Source: Alphaproteobacteria bacterium
Lineage (GTDB): Bacteria > Pseudomonadota > Alphaproteobacteria > UBA8366
Assembly: GCA_009377445.1 (NCBI GenBank)
Contig: WHUA01000006.1
Span: 158,684-222,683 of the forward strand
Reading direction: 5' to 3'
DNA: 64,000 nucleotides
The notes under the pieces were generated by a model, which was given only the letters and a program-made list of their open reading frames with translations, did not search any database and was not told the DNA's origin. The translations under genes and the position numbers were made by a program. Each line of letters begins with the position of its first letter. The first letter of the stretch is position 1. Below are positions 1-9,125 of this stretch, in pieces.

Positions 1-464
1 CTTTTCCCACCGAGCTCCTGAACGCGACGGGCGATCTGCTCGGGTCGCGCGGCAAGGAATTCGGCGTCGTCACCGGACGGCGCCGGCGCTGCGGCTGGTT
101 CGACGCCGTCCTGGTGCGCCAGGCGGTACAGGTCGGCGGCATCGACGGTATCGCCTTGACGAAGCTCGATGTGCTCGACGGCATCGAAGAGATCGAGATT
201 TGCACGGGTTACCGAATCGACGGCCGCGAGTATGACTATCTGCCGCCGTCCCCGAAGCAGCAGGCGGCGGCGCAGCCCATCTACGAAAAGATCGAAGGAT
301 GGAGCGAAAGCACGCGCGGCGCCCGATCATGGGCCGAGCTGCCGGCGACGGCGATCAAGTATATCCGTAGAATTGAGGAGCTTATCGGCGCGCCCGTGGC
401 GCTGTTGTCGACGAGTCCCGAACGCGAGGACACGATCACCGTGCATGACCCCTTCGCCGCCTGA
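1..464 (+). CDS. purA: Adenylosuccinate synthetase, 3' part (truncated by window edge)
   Basis: Frame from nt 3 reads FPTEL...[16 protein letters not shown]...LTKLDVLD...STSPER, the conserved PurA C-terminal motifs. Confidence 0.97.
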   Translation, partial: FPTELLNATGDLLGSRGKEFGVVTGRRRRCGWFDAVLVRQAVQVGGIDGIALTKLDVLDGIEEIEICTGYRIDGREYDYLPPSPKQQAAAQPIYEKIEGWSESTRGARSWAELPATAIKYIRRIEELIGAPVALLSTSPEREDTITVHDPFAA

Positions 465-553
465 CGGCGCGGGAGAAGGGTTCCTGCAATTTTCGCTTGC
501 CCGCATCGGACGTTGCCCGTATCCGAAGGGGTATTGAAACGACGAGCGGCGCC

Positions 554-2572
554 ATGGCTCCGAGCATGACCGCGTATCCCGGCGGAGCGGTCGTGATCGG
601 CGACCGGTACCAGATCGAATTCGATCGGCCGTTGCCGGAACTCGACGATGGCCCATCCAAGGCTTTCGCCGCGACCGAGCTGCGCGACGCCAAGCGCGGG
701 GTTTATGCGCTCCTTCCCGACCCGTCGCTGCCCTTGCGCCTCGATGCCATCAGCTCCGTTCGGCGTCTCGACAACAACAACTCGATGCGCCTGCTCGCCT
801 GGGATGTCGTCGATTGGCCGGCGGATCGCCGTAGACGGCCGGCGATCGTCCTGGAGCGGCCGCACGGGCCGCGGCTTTTCCCGGCAGCGGATGCCAGGAT
901 CGAGCCGTTTCGCGAAGAGGCGCTGCTGCGGCGCGTGCTGCAGCCGCTCTGCCTGGTTCTGGCCGATTTCGCCTTCATCAGCCTGCCGCATCGGAACATC
1001 AGGGCGGAGAACCTCTACCTCGACGGCACCGATCCGGCCCGGGCGCCGATCATGCTCGGCGAGTGCGTGTCCGCACCGGCCGGTTACCTGCAGCCCGTGA
1101 TCTACGAGACGATCGAGTGCGGCATGGCCCACCCGGCCGGGCGCGAGGAGGGAAGCGCGGCGAACGACCTCTATGCCCTGGGCATAACCCTGGCGGTTCT
1201 CTTCGCCGGGCGGAATCCGCTGGCGGGAATGAGCGATGAGGAGGTGATCGAGCAGAAGCTGGCCAAGGGCAGCTATGCGACCCTCGTGAGCGCGCTCAGG
1301 CTTCCGTCGGCGATGATCGAGCTGTTTCGCGGCCTGCTGAACGACGAAGAGAGCGAACGCTGGAGTCTCGAGCAACTGCAGATGTGGCTCGGCGGCCGCC
1401 GCACCAGCCCGAAACAGCAGGTCCGGCCGAGCAAGGCGGCGCGTCCTCTCGAGGTGGCAGGCCAGACGCACACGACTGCGCGGAGCGTCGCGGAGGCATT
1501 GTCGCGAAATTGGGCGCAGGGACTCGAGCTCGCGCGCAGCGGCGAGCTCGACCAATGGCTGCGGCGCGGCCTCAGCGACGACGGCCGGACCGAGGCGGTG
1601 AACAGCGCCAAATCCGCGGGGGCCGAAGGCGACGTCGTCGACGATGCGAAGCTTGCGCGAATCTGCATTGCGCTGGATCCGGTGTCGCTCGTCCGGGTAA
1701 GGAATTTTCGTGCGACGATCGACGGCGCTTCGCGCCTGCTTGCGGTGGGGTTCGCGGACGAGACGGTGCGCGAGGATTTCGCGACGATCCTGCGGCACAA
1801 CCTCGCCGGTTTTTGCACCCGCCTGAACAGCCGGCTTCGCCCCGACATCATCCGGATCGCAGCGGCGTTCGAGCGGATCGGCCCGTTCGTTCTTCGCGAC
1901 GACATCGGTTTCGGCCTCGAGCGGGCCATGTACGCCCTGAATCCCAACGCGCCGTGCCGCTCGCCGCTGTTCGACGACGACTACGTTGCCGATCTGACGC
2001 TGCTGGTGCCCGCCCTGGAGCGGTTGGCCAAGACCAAGGGCGCCGCGTTCGACAGCCTGGTCGACCGGCATATCGCCGCTTTCGCCGCTGCGCGGTTGAA
2101 GACGAATATCGTGCCGGAGCTGCGCGAGCTGCGCGACGCCAAGGACCACTTCGGCTACGCGTTGCCCGCGGCGCACATCCTGGCGATTATCCAGGCGCAG
2201 ACGGCTTGCGGGGCGGCGCCCGCTCTCTGCGGCGTCGTCGCTTCGATGCTGGAGCCCGCATTGGCGCGTTACCACAACAGGAATACGCGTGACGACATTC
2301 GCGCACGGATGCAGGAGATCGCGAAGTCGGGCAGGCTGGATGCCCTGATCGATACGGTCGACGACAAAAACGCGCTGGCGAGCGACGAAAGAGAATTTGC
2401 TCGCGCGGCGGCCGATCATGCATCGATCGTCCAGCAGATCGAGCGGTTGGAGTACGAGCGTGCGAACCGCGCCGTCATTTCCCGCGGCATCAGCAGCCAG
2501 GTCGCGTCGCTGTTCTCCGGGGTCGCGGCGACCGTGGCGGTGCTCGTGACGATTCTGGTGAAGCTGATCTGA
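554..2572 (+). CDS. Protein kinase-fold protein with degenerate catalytic motifs and a C-terminal TM anchor (putative pseudokinase)
   Basis: HRNIRAEN in place of HRDxKPxN, LGE in place of DFG, subdomain IX-like DLYALG, hydrophobic C-terminus. Start ATG 554 chosen; 566 possible. Confidence 0.8.
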   Translation: MAPSMTAYPGGAVVIGDRYQIEFDRPLPELDDGPSKAFAATELRDAKRGVYALLPDPSLPLRLDAISSVRRLDNNNSMRLLAWDVVDWPADRRRRPAIVLERPHGPRLFPAADARIEPFREEALLRRVLQPLCLVLADFAFISLPHRNIRAENLYLDGTDPARAPIMLGECVSAPAGYLQPVIYETIECGMAHPAGREEGSAANDLYALGITLAVLFAGRNPLAGMSDEEVIEQKLAKGSYATLVSALRLPSAMIELFRGLLNDEESERWSLEQLQMWLGGRRTSPKQQVRPSKAARPLEVAGQTHTTARSVAEALSRNWAQGLELARSGELDQWLRRGLSDDGRTEAVNSAKSAGAEGDVVDDAKLARICIALDPVSLVRVRNFRATIDGASRLLAVGFADETVREDFATILRHNLAGFCTRLNSRLRPDIIRIAAAFERIGPFVLRDDIGFGLERAMYALNPNAPCRSPLFDDDYVADLTLLVPALERLAKTKGAAFDSLVDRHIAAFAAARLKTNIVPELRELRDAKDHFGYALPAAHILAIIQAQTACGAAPALCGVVASMLEPALARYHNRNTRDDIRARMQEIAKSGRLDALIDTVDDKNALASDEREFARAAADHASIVQQIERLEYERANRAVISRGISSQVASLFSGVAATVAVLVTILVKLI

Positions 2573-2582
2573 AGGGGCCTGA

Positions 2583-3095
2583 ATGGCTGATGCCACGGAA
2601 AGAAGGGAAGCGGCAAAGCGGCGGCGCGTCGGCTCGATCTTCATCTGGCTGCTGGCCGCGGGCGTGCTGTTCGCGTTCTATGAATCGATCGTTTTGCTGC
2701 TCGTCGGCATGCTTCCCACCGGTCTTGCGGTGCTGTTCGACCGGAGCCCGCAGAAGGATCAGGTGCGATCGATAGGCTACCTGAACTTCGCCGGTTGCCT
2801 GCCGTGGATGGTCGACTTCTGGATGTCCGGTGGCGGATTCGCGCGGGTATTCGACATCATCGGCGATCCTCTCGTTCTGGGCGTCATGTATTCGGCGGCG
2901 GTCGCGGGATGGGGCCTGTGCTTCGTGGTGCGCCCGTTCGTGACGACCTATCTGATCGTGGCGTCGGAACTGAAGGAAAGCCAGCTCACCAAGCGGCAAG
3001 GCGAGCTTGTCGATCGGTGGGGCGAAGCGGTCCGCCGGGGTGCGGACGAGAAGGCCGGAAGCCAGGCGGAAGGCGCGCGTCCGCCGGCGAGGTAG
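2583..3095 (+). CDS. Hypothetical membrane protein (about 4 TM), probably co-transcribed with the kinase-fold gene
   Basis: 10-bp gap after the upstream stop, GAAGGGG RBS, several hydrophobic segments, charged C-terminal tail. Confidence 0.8.
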   Translation: MADATERREAAKRRRVGSIFIWLLAAGVLFAFYESIVLLLVGMLPTGLAVLFDRSPQKDQVRSIGYLNFAGCLPWMVDFWMSGGGFARVFDIIGDPLVLGVMYSAAVAGWGLCFVVRPFVTTYLIVASELKESQLTKRQGELVDRWGEAVRRGADEKAGSQAEGARPPAR

Positions 3096-3251
3096 GCCTT
3101 CCATGCCCGCCGCGGCATCCTTTCCCCTATACACCGGGGAGGAGGACCGCTAAGACACGGCCACTGGAGCGGGCTGCGCCGACCCCCGATGCGGGATCAG
3201 GTTGCCCTGGAGAACAACAAGGATAAGAGCCGGCGACCGGCGGCACCGCGA

Positions 3252-3860
3252 ATGAAACTGAATCTAGGCTGCGGCGATGTCGCGCCGCCGGGGTGGATAA
3301 ACGTCGACAATGCCGTCGGCGCACGGCTCCGCAAGCTTCCCGTCCTGGGCGCGCTGTCGCACCGCTTCCTGCGCTGCGACTGGAGCCCGTCGATCCTGCT
3401 GCACGACCTGAGGCGGGAGCTGCCTTGGCCCAGCGGATCGGTCGGCTGCGTTTACAGCTCGCATAGCCTGGAGCATTTGACCCGGGCGTCCGGCGAAGGC
3501 TTCATGCGCGAGGTCGCCCGCATCCTGAAGCCGGGCGGCATCGCCCGGTTCGTGGTCCCCGACCTGAAGCTGGAGGTCGACCGCTACGTGTCGGGGGAAA
3601 GCGATGCGCGGGATTTCCTGTCCTCGCTCCACGCCGTCGACACGCGGGACCGGCCCATTGCGAAGCGCATCTACGGTCTGCTGTCCGGATCGGGCCATCG
3701 CTGCATGTACGACGAGGCCAGCCTCTTCGGCCTCATGGCCGCCGCAGGCCTGAGCGCCCGCCGGATGGCGCCGTTCGAAAGCGCCATTCCCGGGATCGCG
3801 GAAGTCGAGCGCGCGCCGCAGACCGCGGACGCGCTCATCGCCGAGGGCGTGAAGGGGTAG
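3252..3860 (+). CDS. Class I SAM-dependent methyltransferase (Methyltransf_11-like)
   Basis: KLNLGCG, SSHSLEHL and RILKPGG motifs. Start 3252 chosen; 3189 possible. Confidence 0.85.
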   Translation: MKLNLGCGDVAPPGWINVDNAVGARLRKLPVLGALSHRFLRCDWSPSILLHDLRRELPWPSGSVGCVYSSHSLEHLTRASGEGFMREVARILKPGGIARFVVPDLKLEVDRYVSGESDARDFLSSLHAVDTRDRPIAKRIYGLLSGSGHRCMYDEASLFGLMAAAGLSARRMAPFESAIPGIAEVERAPQTADALIAEGVKG

Positions 3861-3861
3861 G

Positions 3862-3883
3862 CGTCCGGTCCGAGGACCGGACG
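3862..3883. terminator. Hairpin between the convergent methyltransferase and rpoH genes
   Basis: CGTCCGGTC-CGAG-GACCGGACG perfect stem; no U-tract. Confidence 0.5.
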
Positions 3884-3887
3884 GGGC

Positions 3888-4778
3888 TCAGTCCGCCATT
3901 TCCAGCTTGGCATCCACGGCGGCGTTGCGCATCGCCTTCTGCAACTTCTCGAAGGCGCGCACTTCGATCTGGCGCACCCGCTCGCGGCTGATGCTGTAAA
4001 CCTGGCTCAGCTCTTCGAGCGTCGAGCTCTCTTCCTTGAGGCGGCGCTCGGTCAGGATGTGGCGCTCCCGCTCATTGAGCACGCCCATGGCCTGGCGCAG
4101 CAGCGCCTTGCGCCGGTCGAGCTCCTGCGCTTCGGAGATGACGACTTCCTGGTTGTCGGTGTCGTCTTCGAGCCAATCCTGCCACTCGCCGTCGCCGTCG
4201 ATGCGAACCGGCGCGTTCAGCGAATGGTCCGGCGCGCTGAGGCGGCGGTTCATCGACACCACGTCCTGTTCCGGGACGCTCAGCTCGGTCGCGATCTTCG
4301 TCACATGCTCGGGCCGGAGGTCGCCTTCCTCCAGCGCCTCGAGCTTGCCCTTGAGCTTGCGAAGATTGAAGAACAGCTTCTTCTGGGCCGCGGTCGTGCC
4401 CATCTTCACGAGCGACCACGAGTGCAGGATGTATTCCTGGATGGCGGCGCGGATCCACCACATCGCATAGGTCGCGAGGCGGAATCCCCGCTCCGGATCG
4501 AAGCGCTTGACGGCCTGCATCAGGCCGACGTTGCCCTCGGAGATCAGCTCGTTGATCGGCAGGCCGTAGCCGCGATAGCCCATGGCGATCTTGGCCACGA
4601 GACGCAGGTGGCTCGTCACCATCTTTTCGGCGGCGGGCGTGTCGTCATGCTCGATCCAGCGCTTCGCGAGCATGTACTCTTCGTCCTTGTCCAGCATCGG
4701 GAACTTCCGGATCTGCTGGAGGTAACGCTGGAGGTTGCCCTCCGGGCTGATGGCGAGGGTGGGAAGACTGGTGGCCAT
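3888..4778 (-). CDS. rpoH: Heat-shock sigma factor RpoH (sigma-32)
   Basis: RpoH box QKKLFFNLR, region 2 FRLATYAMWWIRAAIQEYIL, region 4 SRERVRQIE. Confidence 0.98.
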   Translation of the reverse strand: MATSLPTLAISPEGNLQRYLQQIRKFPMLDKDEEYMLAKRWIEHDDTPAAEKMVTSHLRLVAKIAMGYRGYGLPINELISEGNVGLMQAVKRFDPERGFRLATYAMWWIRAAIQEYILHSWSLVKMGTTAAQKKLFFNLRKLKGKLEALEEGDLRPEHVTKIATELSVPEQDVVSMNRRLSAPDHSLNAPVRIDGDGEWQDWLEDDTDNQEVVISEAQELDRRKALLRQAMGVLNERERHILTERRLKEESSTLEELSQVYSISRERVRQIEVRAFEKLQKAMRNAAVDAKLEMAD

Positions 4779-4804
4779 AATTGACTCTGCTCCACTAGGT
4801 TAGT

Positions 4805-4830
4805 TCAGCACTCTCCCCAATGAATGCTAA
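4805..4830. promoter_or_regulatory. CIRCE-like inverted repeat with 8-nt spacer overlapping the rpoH -10/+1 region
   Basis: TCAGCACTC-tccccaat-GAATGCTAA versus consensus TTAGCACTC-N9-GAGTGCTAA. Confidence 0.55.
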
Positions 4831-4857
4831 TTTACTGCAATTGCAATCTGTTGTCAA
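4829..4857 (-). promoter_or_regulatory. Sigma-70-type promoter of rpoH
   Basis: Minus strand TTGACA-N17-TAAATT in an AT-rich intergenic region; TGCAATTGCA palindrome in the spacer. Confidence 0.7.
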
Positions 4858-4886
4858 GGCAGATTGGAATCGTTTTAATTTCTTGG

Positions 4887-5930
4887 CTACCACGCCGGGC
4901 CAAGAGCCCGGATCAGATCGCGCATGTCATTTGGCGGCTCGCTCTCGAATTTCAATCTGTCGCCGGTCCCGGGGTGGTCAAATCCGATCAAGCGGGCGTG
5001 TAGCGCCTGCCGTGAAAACGCATGGATCGCCTTGGCTGTTCCGGGGGCTGTTCCGGGGGCTGTTCCCGGCGCGAGGGCCTTGCTCCGCGCCGGGGCGCGG
5101 CGGCCATAGACCGGATCGCCGATGATCGGGTGGCCGATATGCGCCATGTGAACGCGGATCTGGTGCGTCCGGCCGGTTTCGAGCTGGCATTCGATCAGGC
5201 TGGCGACCGGGTTGGCGCCCTCGCCGAAGCGCCGCAGCACGCGGTAGCGCGTCGCCGCCGTCTTGCCGCGGCCCGCGCCGACCACTGCCATCTTCGTTCG
5301 ATGCTGCGGGTGACGGCCGATATTGCCCTCGATCCGGCCGACGGCCGGCACGGGCACGCCCCAGACCAGCGCCAGATAGGCGCGGTCGATGGTCCGTCCT
5401 GCGAACTGCGCGGCCAGCGCGTGGTGGGTTTCGTCGTTCTTCGCCACGACGATCAGGCCGCTTGTATCCTTGTCGAGCCGGTGCACGATGCCGGGCCGCC
5501 TGACGCCGCCGACGCCGGACAGGCTGTCGCCGCAGTGGGCGAGCAGCGCGTTGACCAGGGTCGAGTCGGGCTGGCCCGCCCCGGGGTGAACGGCGAGGCC
5601 CGCGGGTTTGTCGACGACCAGCAGGTCGGCGTCTTCGTAGACGACGGTCAGCGCGATGTCCTGCGGCCGGGCGGTGGCGTCCTCCGGCGGCGGCAGGGTG
5701 ACGCGATAGCGCTCGCCGGGTTTGACCCTGTGGGAGGGGTCCGTTATCGTCGCGCCGTCCTTGCGGACCATGCCGTCCTGGAGCAGCGCCTTGATCCGGC
5801 TGCGCGACAGGGCGGGGACGGTCGGGGCGAGGGCGACGGCGAGAAAACGGTCGAGGCGCGCGCCCGCTTCCGCCGGCGGCACGGTACAGGTGGCGGCGTC
5901 CGGCGATTTCGGCCGGGCTCCGCCGCTCAC
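4887..5930 (-). CDS. rluD: RluA-family 23S rRNA pseudouridine synthase with N-terminal S4 domain (RluD-like)
   Basis: RLDRFL...SRSRIK S4 domain, VHRLDKDTSG catalytic motif, LETGRTHQIRVH. GTG start at 5930 with GGAG RBS. Confidence 0.93.
   Translation of the reverse strand: MSGGARPKSPDAATCTVPPAEAGARLDRFLAVALAPTVPALSRSRIKALLQDGMVRKDGATITDPSHRVKPGERYRVTLPPPEDATARPQDIALTVVYEDADLLVVDKPAGLAVHPGAGQPDSTLVNALLAHCGDSLSGVGGVRRPGIVHRLDKDTSGLIVVAKNDETHHALAAQFAGRTIDRAYLALVWGVPVPAVGRIEGNIGRHPQHRTKMAVVGAGRGKTAATRYRVLRRFGEGANPVASLIECQLETGRTHQIRVHMAHIGHPIIGDPVYGRRAPARSKALAPGTAPGTAPGTAKAIHAFSRQALHARLIGFDHPGTGDRLKFESEPPNDMRDLIRALGPAW
5035..5070. repeat. 12-bp tandem repeat x3 inside rluD (encodes APGT x3)
   Basis: GCTGTTCCGGGG GCTGTTCCGGGG GCTGTTCCCGGC. 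Confidence 0.9.
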
Positions 5931-5954
5931 AGGCCACTCCACGGGACAAAGGTC

Positions 5955-6314
5955 ATGCAAGCTCTCAAGGCCCTGGTCATCGGAATGGGCATCCTCATCA
6001 TCGCCGGCATGGCGATCCTGGTCTACGGTCTGAGCAGCAAGTTCGGCTCGAACATGGCCGCCAAGGACACACCGCAGGACGGGCGGCACGACATGATGCG
6101 CGACATGATGCACGACACGGCGCACGGCACGGCGGCAGCCTTCGGCACCATCCGCGCGGCCCTTCCGGCCGGCGCGAGCGTGGAGAGCGCCCAGATGCAG
6201 GATGGCAAGATTATGGTGTTCCTCGCCATGCCGGACGGCGGGGTGCAACTCATGGTCTTCCGCCTTTCGGACGGGCGCCAGACCGGCACCATCGAGCTGC
6301 AGCCGTCGCGTTAG
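5955..6314 (+). CDS. Small single-TM membrane protein divergent from rluD (DUF6476-like)
   Basis: MQALKALVIGMGILIIAGMAILVYGL TM, then LPAGASVES...DGRQTGTIEL beta domain. Family assignment from memory of this gene arrangement. Confidence 0.75.
   Translation: MQALKALVIGMGILIIAGMAILVYGLSSKFGSNMAAKDTPQDGRHDMMRDMMHDTAHGTAAAFGTIRAALPAGASVESAQMQDGKIMVFLAMPDGGVQLMVFRLSDGRQTGTIELQPSR
6087..6134. repeat. Degenerate 12-bp tandem repeat x4 (HDMM RDMM HDTA HGTA)
   Basis: CACGACATGATG CGCGACATGATG CACGACACGGCG CACGGCACGGCG. Confidence 0.8.
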
Positions 6315-6338
6315 GGAACACGGCCGCAGGATACCCGC

Positions 6339-6803
6339 TTAGCCGCGGGGCGTCAGCGCCTCGGCGGCATCGCCGAGCGCCTTCTCGATCTCGTCCAGCG
6401 TTGCCGTGTCGGCTTGGGCGCCGGAACCGGCGTCTTTGGCCTTCGGCTCGCGCAGCCGCGCCAGCAGCGCGCGCGCCTGCTCGATCGCGCGAAGCGCGAT
6501 CTCCGCCTGCACCGCGGCGGCCGTATCGCCGAAGTCCGCGTCATCGCCGCCGGGGAAATCCTCGTCTAGGTCGTCGCCCAGGTCGCCGCCCGGGGCGTCC
6601 GCGGCATAAGGGTTGGCCGGCGCGCCGCCCGCGGCGAGGCCGAGCCTGCGGGCCAGCCCGTCGACATAGGCCGCGTCGTCCGGGTGCATTTCCCCTTTGT
6701 CGATGTCGGAGAGATAGCCCGCCAGCTCTTCCCGCGTTTCCGGCATCAAGCCGCGGCTGTCGAGCATCTTCTTGATCAGGCGTCGCGTGTTGGTGGCGTC
6801 CAT
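6339..6803 (-). CDS. Hypothetical protein: two helical regions with an acidic Gly/Asp linker
   Basis: MDATNTRRLIKKMLDSRG... with protein-like composition and GC3-rich codons. The ORF-track extension into the tRNA was discarded. Confidence 0.7.
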   Translation of the reverse strand: MDATNTRRLIKKMLDSRGLMPETREELAGYLSDIDKGEMHPDDAAYVDGLARRLGLAAGGAPANPYAADAPGGDLGDDLDEDFPGGDDADFGDTAAAVQAEIALRAIEQARALLARLREPKAKDAGSGAQADTATLDEIEKALGDAAEALTPRG

Positions 6804-6980
6804 GGCGGATAACGGATCCTCGCAGTTCTCGATCTCGGCGTTGGCCGGCGACGCGGTCGTGACGGCTGGGCCGCACCATACCCCGATTGCCGGAAATGGC
6901 ATAGAGGCTGCGGGGCAGGGCGAAAAGCATTGATCGCCTGCTGAGCTTCGGCTATGAGTCGCCCGAGCGCCGCACCGGAC

Positions 6981-7056
6981 GTCCCCTTCGTCTAGTGGCC
7001 TAGGACGCTGGCCTCTCACGCCGGAAACAGGGGTTCGAGTCCCCTAGGGGACGCCA
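6981..7056 (+). tRNA. tRNA-Glu (anticodon CTC)
   Basis: Acceptor stem GTCCCCT/AGGGGAC, anticodon arm CTGGC-CT CTC AC-GCCGG, T arm AGGGG-TTCGAGT-CCCCT, encoded CCA, 76 nt. Confidence 0.98.
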
Positions 7057-7156
7057 TCTATTTTGGTTATTCTGTGGTGCTCGCGCCCCGGCACTTTCCG
7101 CTGGGCCATTCCCGCCGCATGCGTAAGATAGCTCCCGTTTCATAAGGAGCAGATCG

Positions 7157-9013
7157 TTGGCGTACACCCGTCCAACCCGGCTCGACCGGCCTGTCGACCT
7201 CCGGCGCGAGCATTTTCTGGGCAACACCGCGGCGGAGATGACGCTGGTCGAGTACGGCAGCTACGCCTGCCCCTCCTGCCACGTCGCGCACGAGGTCGTG
7301 GCCAATCTCCGGGATCGTTTCGGCGACCGGATGCTGTACGTTTTCCGCCAGCTCCCGATTACCGTCAGCGAGGAAGCGCAGCAGGCGGCGGAACTAGCGG
7401 AATACGCCGCCGCGACGAACGGGCAGTTCTGGACGGTGCACGACGTCCTCATGAAGCGGGGCCCGGCGTTCGCTCCGGGCGAGATCGACCGGATCGCCGT
7501 CGAATCCGGGCTTCCGCCGCCCGAAGAAGCCCCCGGACCCGCGCGCCGCGCCGCCCAGCAGCGGGTGCAGGACGACATCGAGAGCGCCCGGCGCAGCGGC
7601 GCATTCGTGACGCCGACGTTCTTCATCAATAACCGCCGCTACGAGGGCGCCTGGGACGAAAGCGCGCTGGGCGAGGCGATGCTCGGATCGCTCGGCCACC
7701 GGCTGCACACGGCGACTCTCGATTTCGTCCGCTGGGGGCCGTCGGCGGGATTTCTCCTCCTGCTGATGTCGCTTCTCGCGGTCGTCATCGCCAACTCGCC
7801 GGCGGGAGAGCCTTTCGCATCCTGGCTGGAGGTCTCCTTCGGGATTCAGCTCGGCGCCACGCGCTTTGCGCTGCCTCTTCTCGATTGGATCAATCACGGC
7901 CTGCTGAGCGTCTTCTTCCTGGTCGTCGGCCTCGAGATCAAGCGCGAGTTCACGATCGGCCGGCTTGCCACCCGGCGCGCCGCGGCGCTGCCGATCGCCG
8001 CTGCGATCGGCGGGATGGCCGTGCCGGCGCTGATCTATCTCGCGGTGGTTCCGTTGGGGCCGCTGAGCCACGGTTGGGGCATCCCGATCGCCACCGACAC
8101 CGCCTTCGCGATCGCCCTGATCGTTCTGCTCGGCGACCGCGTTCCGGTGGAGCTGCGGGTGTTCCTGACGGCGGCGGTGATCGTCGACGACCTCGTCGTC
8201 ATCGTGGTCCTGGCTCTGTTCTACGCGGGACAGATCGATCTGGGCTACGTGGCCGCCTCGGTCGCGGCGACGGCGGCCCTGATCGCGCTCAACCGGTCGG
8301 GCATCTACCGCGCGCTGCCCTATGCGGTGCTCGGGATAGCCCTGTGGGTCTGCCTGTATGCGTCGGGCCTGCACGCGACGCTGGCGGGGGTGATCCTTGC
8401 GGCGGCGACGCCGACCCGCCCGCCCGCCAACCTCCGCGCCCTGATGGCCCAGGCCGAGACCGTGATGCAGGCGGATCTCAGGTCTTCCGGGGAGCATGTC
8501 TTGCGGCATGGGCCATCGGAACCGGCCTTGCGGGCGCTGGACGTCATTCACGATCAGATCGAATCGCCGGCAAGCAAGCTGCTTCGCTCTGTCGAGCCGT
8601 GGTCGAGCTATGTCGTGCTGCCGGTCTTCGCGCTCGCCAACGCCGGGGTGGTGTTGTCCTTCGACGTGGTCCAGGGAAACGCGGCCCTGATTCTGGCCAT
8701 CGTTCTCGGCCTCGTCGTCGGCAAGCCGGCCGGAATTGTCCTGGCCGCCTGGCTTGCGGTGCGCTTCGGCGTCGCCGTCAAGCCGGCCGAATACACATGG
8801 CGTCAGTTGTCGGGCGCCGGCGTGCTCGCCGGCATCGGCTTCACCATGTCCCTGTTCATCGCAACGCACGCATTCTCCGCCGAAGCGGCATCCGCCTCGA
8901 AGATCGCGATCTTCCTGGCCTCGTTCATTGCCGGTGGGCTGGGGACGCTTATCTTATGGCCGAGGGAAGTATCGAAGGATGGACCGGCGCAGAAGCGTGC
9001 GGCCGGAACATAA
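7157..9013 (+). CDS. nhaA: Na+/H+ antiporter NhaA fused to an N-terminal DsbA/thioredoxin-like domain
   Basis: N-terminal [10 protein letters not shown] (CxxC) and TPTFFIN (cis-Pro loop); NhaA motifs [34 protein letters not shown] start with AAGGAG RBS. Confidence 0.93.
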   Translation: MAYTRPTRLDRPVDLRREHFLGNTAAEMTLVEYGSYACPSCHVAHEVVANLRDRFGDRMLYVFRQLPITVSEEAQQAAELAEYAAATNGQFWTVHDVLMKRGPAFAPGEIDRIAVESGLPPPEEAPGPARRAAQQRVQDDIESARRSGAFVTPTFFINNRRYEGAWDESALGEAMLGSLGHRLHTATLDFVRWGPSAGFLLLLMSLLAVVIANSPAGEPFASWLEVSFGIQLGATRFALPLLDWINHGLLSVFFLVVGLEIKREFTIGRLATRRAAALPIAAAIGGMAVPALIYLAVVPLGPLSHGWGIPIATDTAFAIALIVLLGDRVPVELRVFLTAAVIVDDLVVIVVLALFYAGQIDLGYVAASVAATAALIALNRSGIYRALPYAVLGIALWVCLYASGLHATLAGVILAAATPTRPPANLRALMAQAETVMQADLRSSGEHVLRHGPSEPALRALDVIHDQIESPASKLLRSVEPWSSYVVLPVFALANAGVVLSFDVVQGNAALILAIVLGLVVGKPAGIVLAAWLAVRFGVAVKPAEYTWRQLSGAGVLAGIGFTMSLFIATHAFSAEAASASKIAIFLASFIAGGLGTLILWPREVSKDGPAQKRAAGT

Positions 9014-9040
9014 TGATCGTGTCGCGCGTTTTGCGCCTCG

Positions 9041-9077
9041 GCGAATGGACGTTGCGAATGGACGTTGCGAATGGACG
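9041..9077. repeat. 13-bp intergenic tandem repeat x2.8
   Basis: GCGAATGGACGTT GCGAATGGACGTT GCGAATGGACG between nhaA and the RND adaptor gene. Confidence 0.9.
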
Positions 9078-9125
9078 GCGTCTGATTGACCGCCGGACCC
9101 ACCGCGCTCAGAATGAGGCGGCCTC

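Noticed and set aside
4887-6248. ORF-track N-terminal extensions (rluD to 6248; similarly oxc to 27536, crotonase to 44469, CoA-transferase to 46056, tauD to 61655)
   Set aside because: The extensions overlap neighbouring genes; internal starts with an RBS or family-typical N-terminus fit better.
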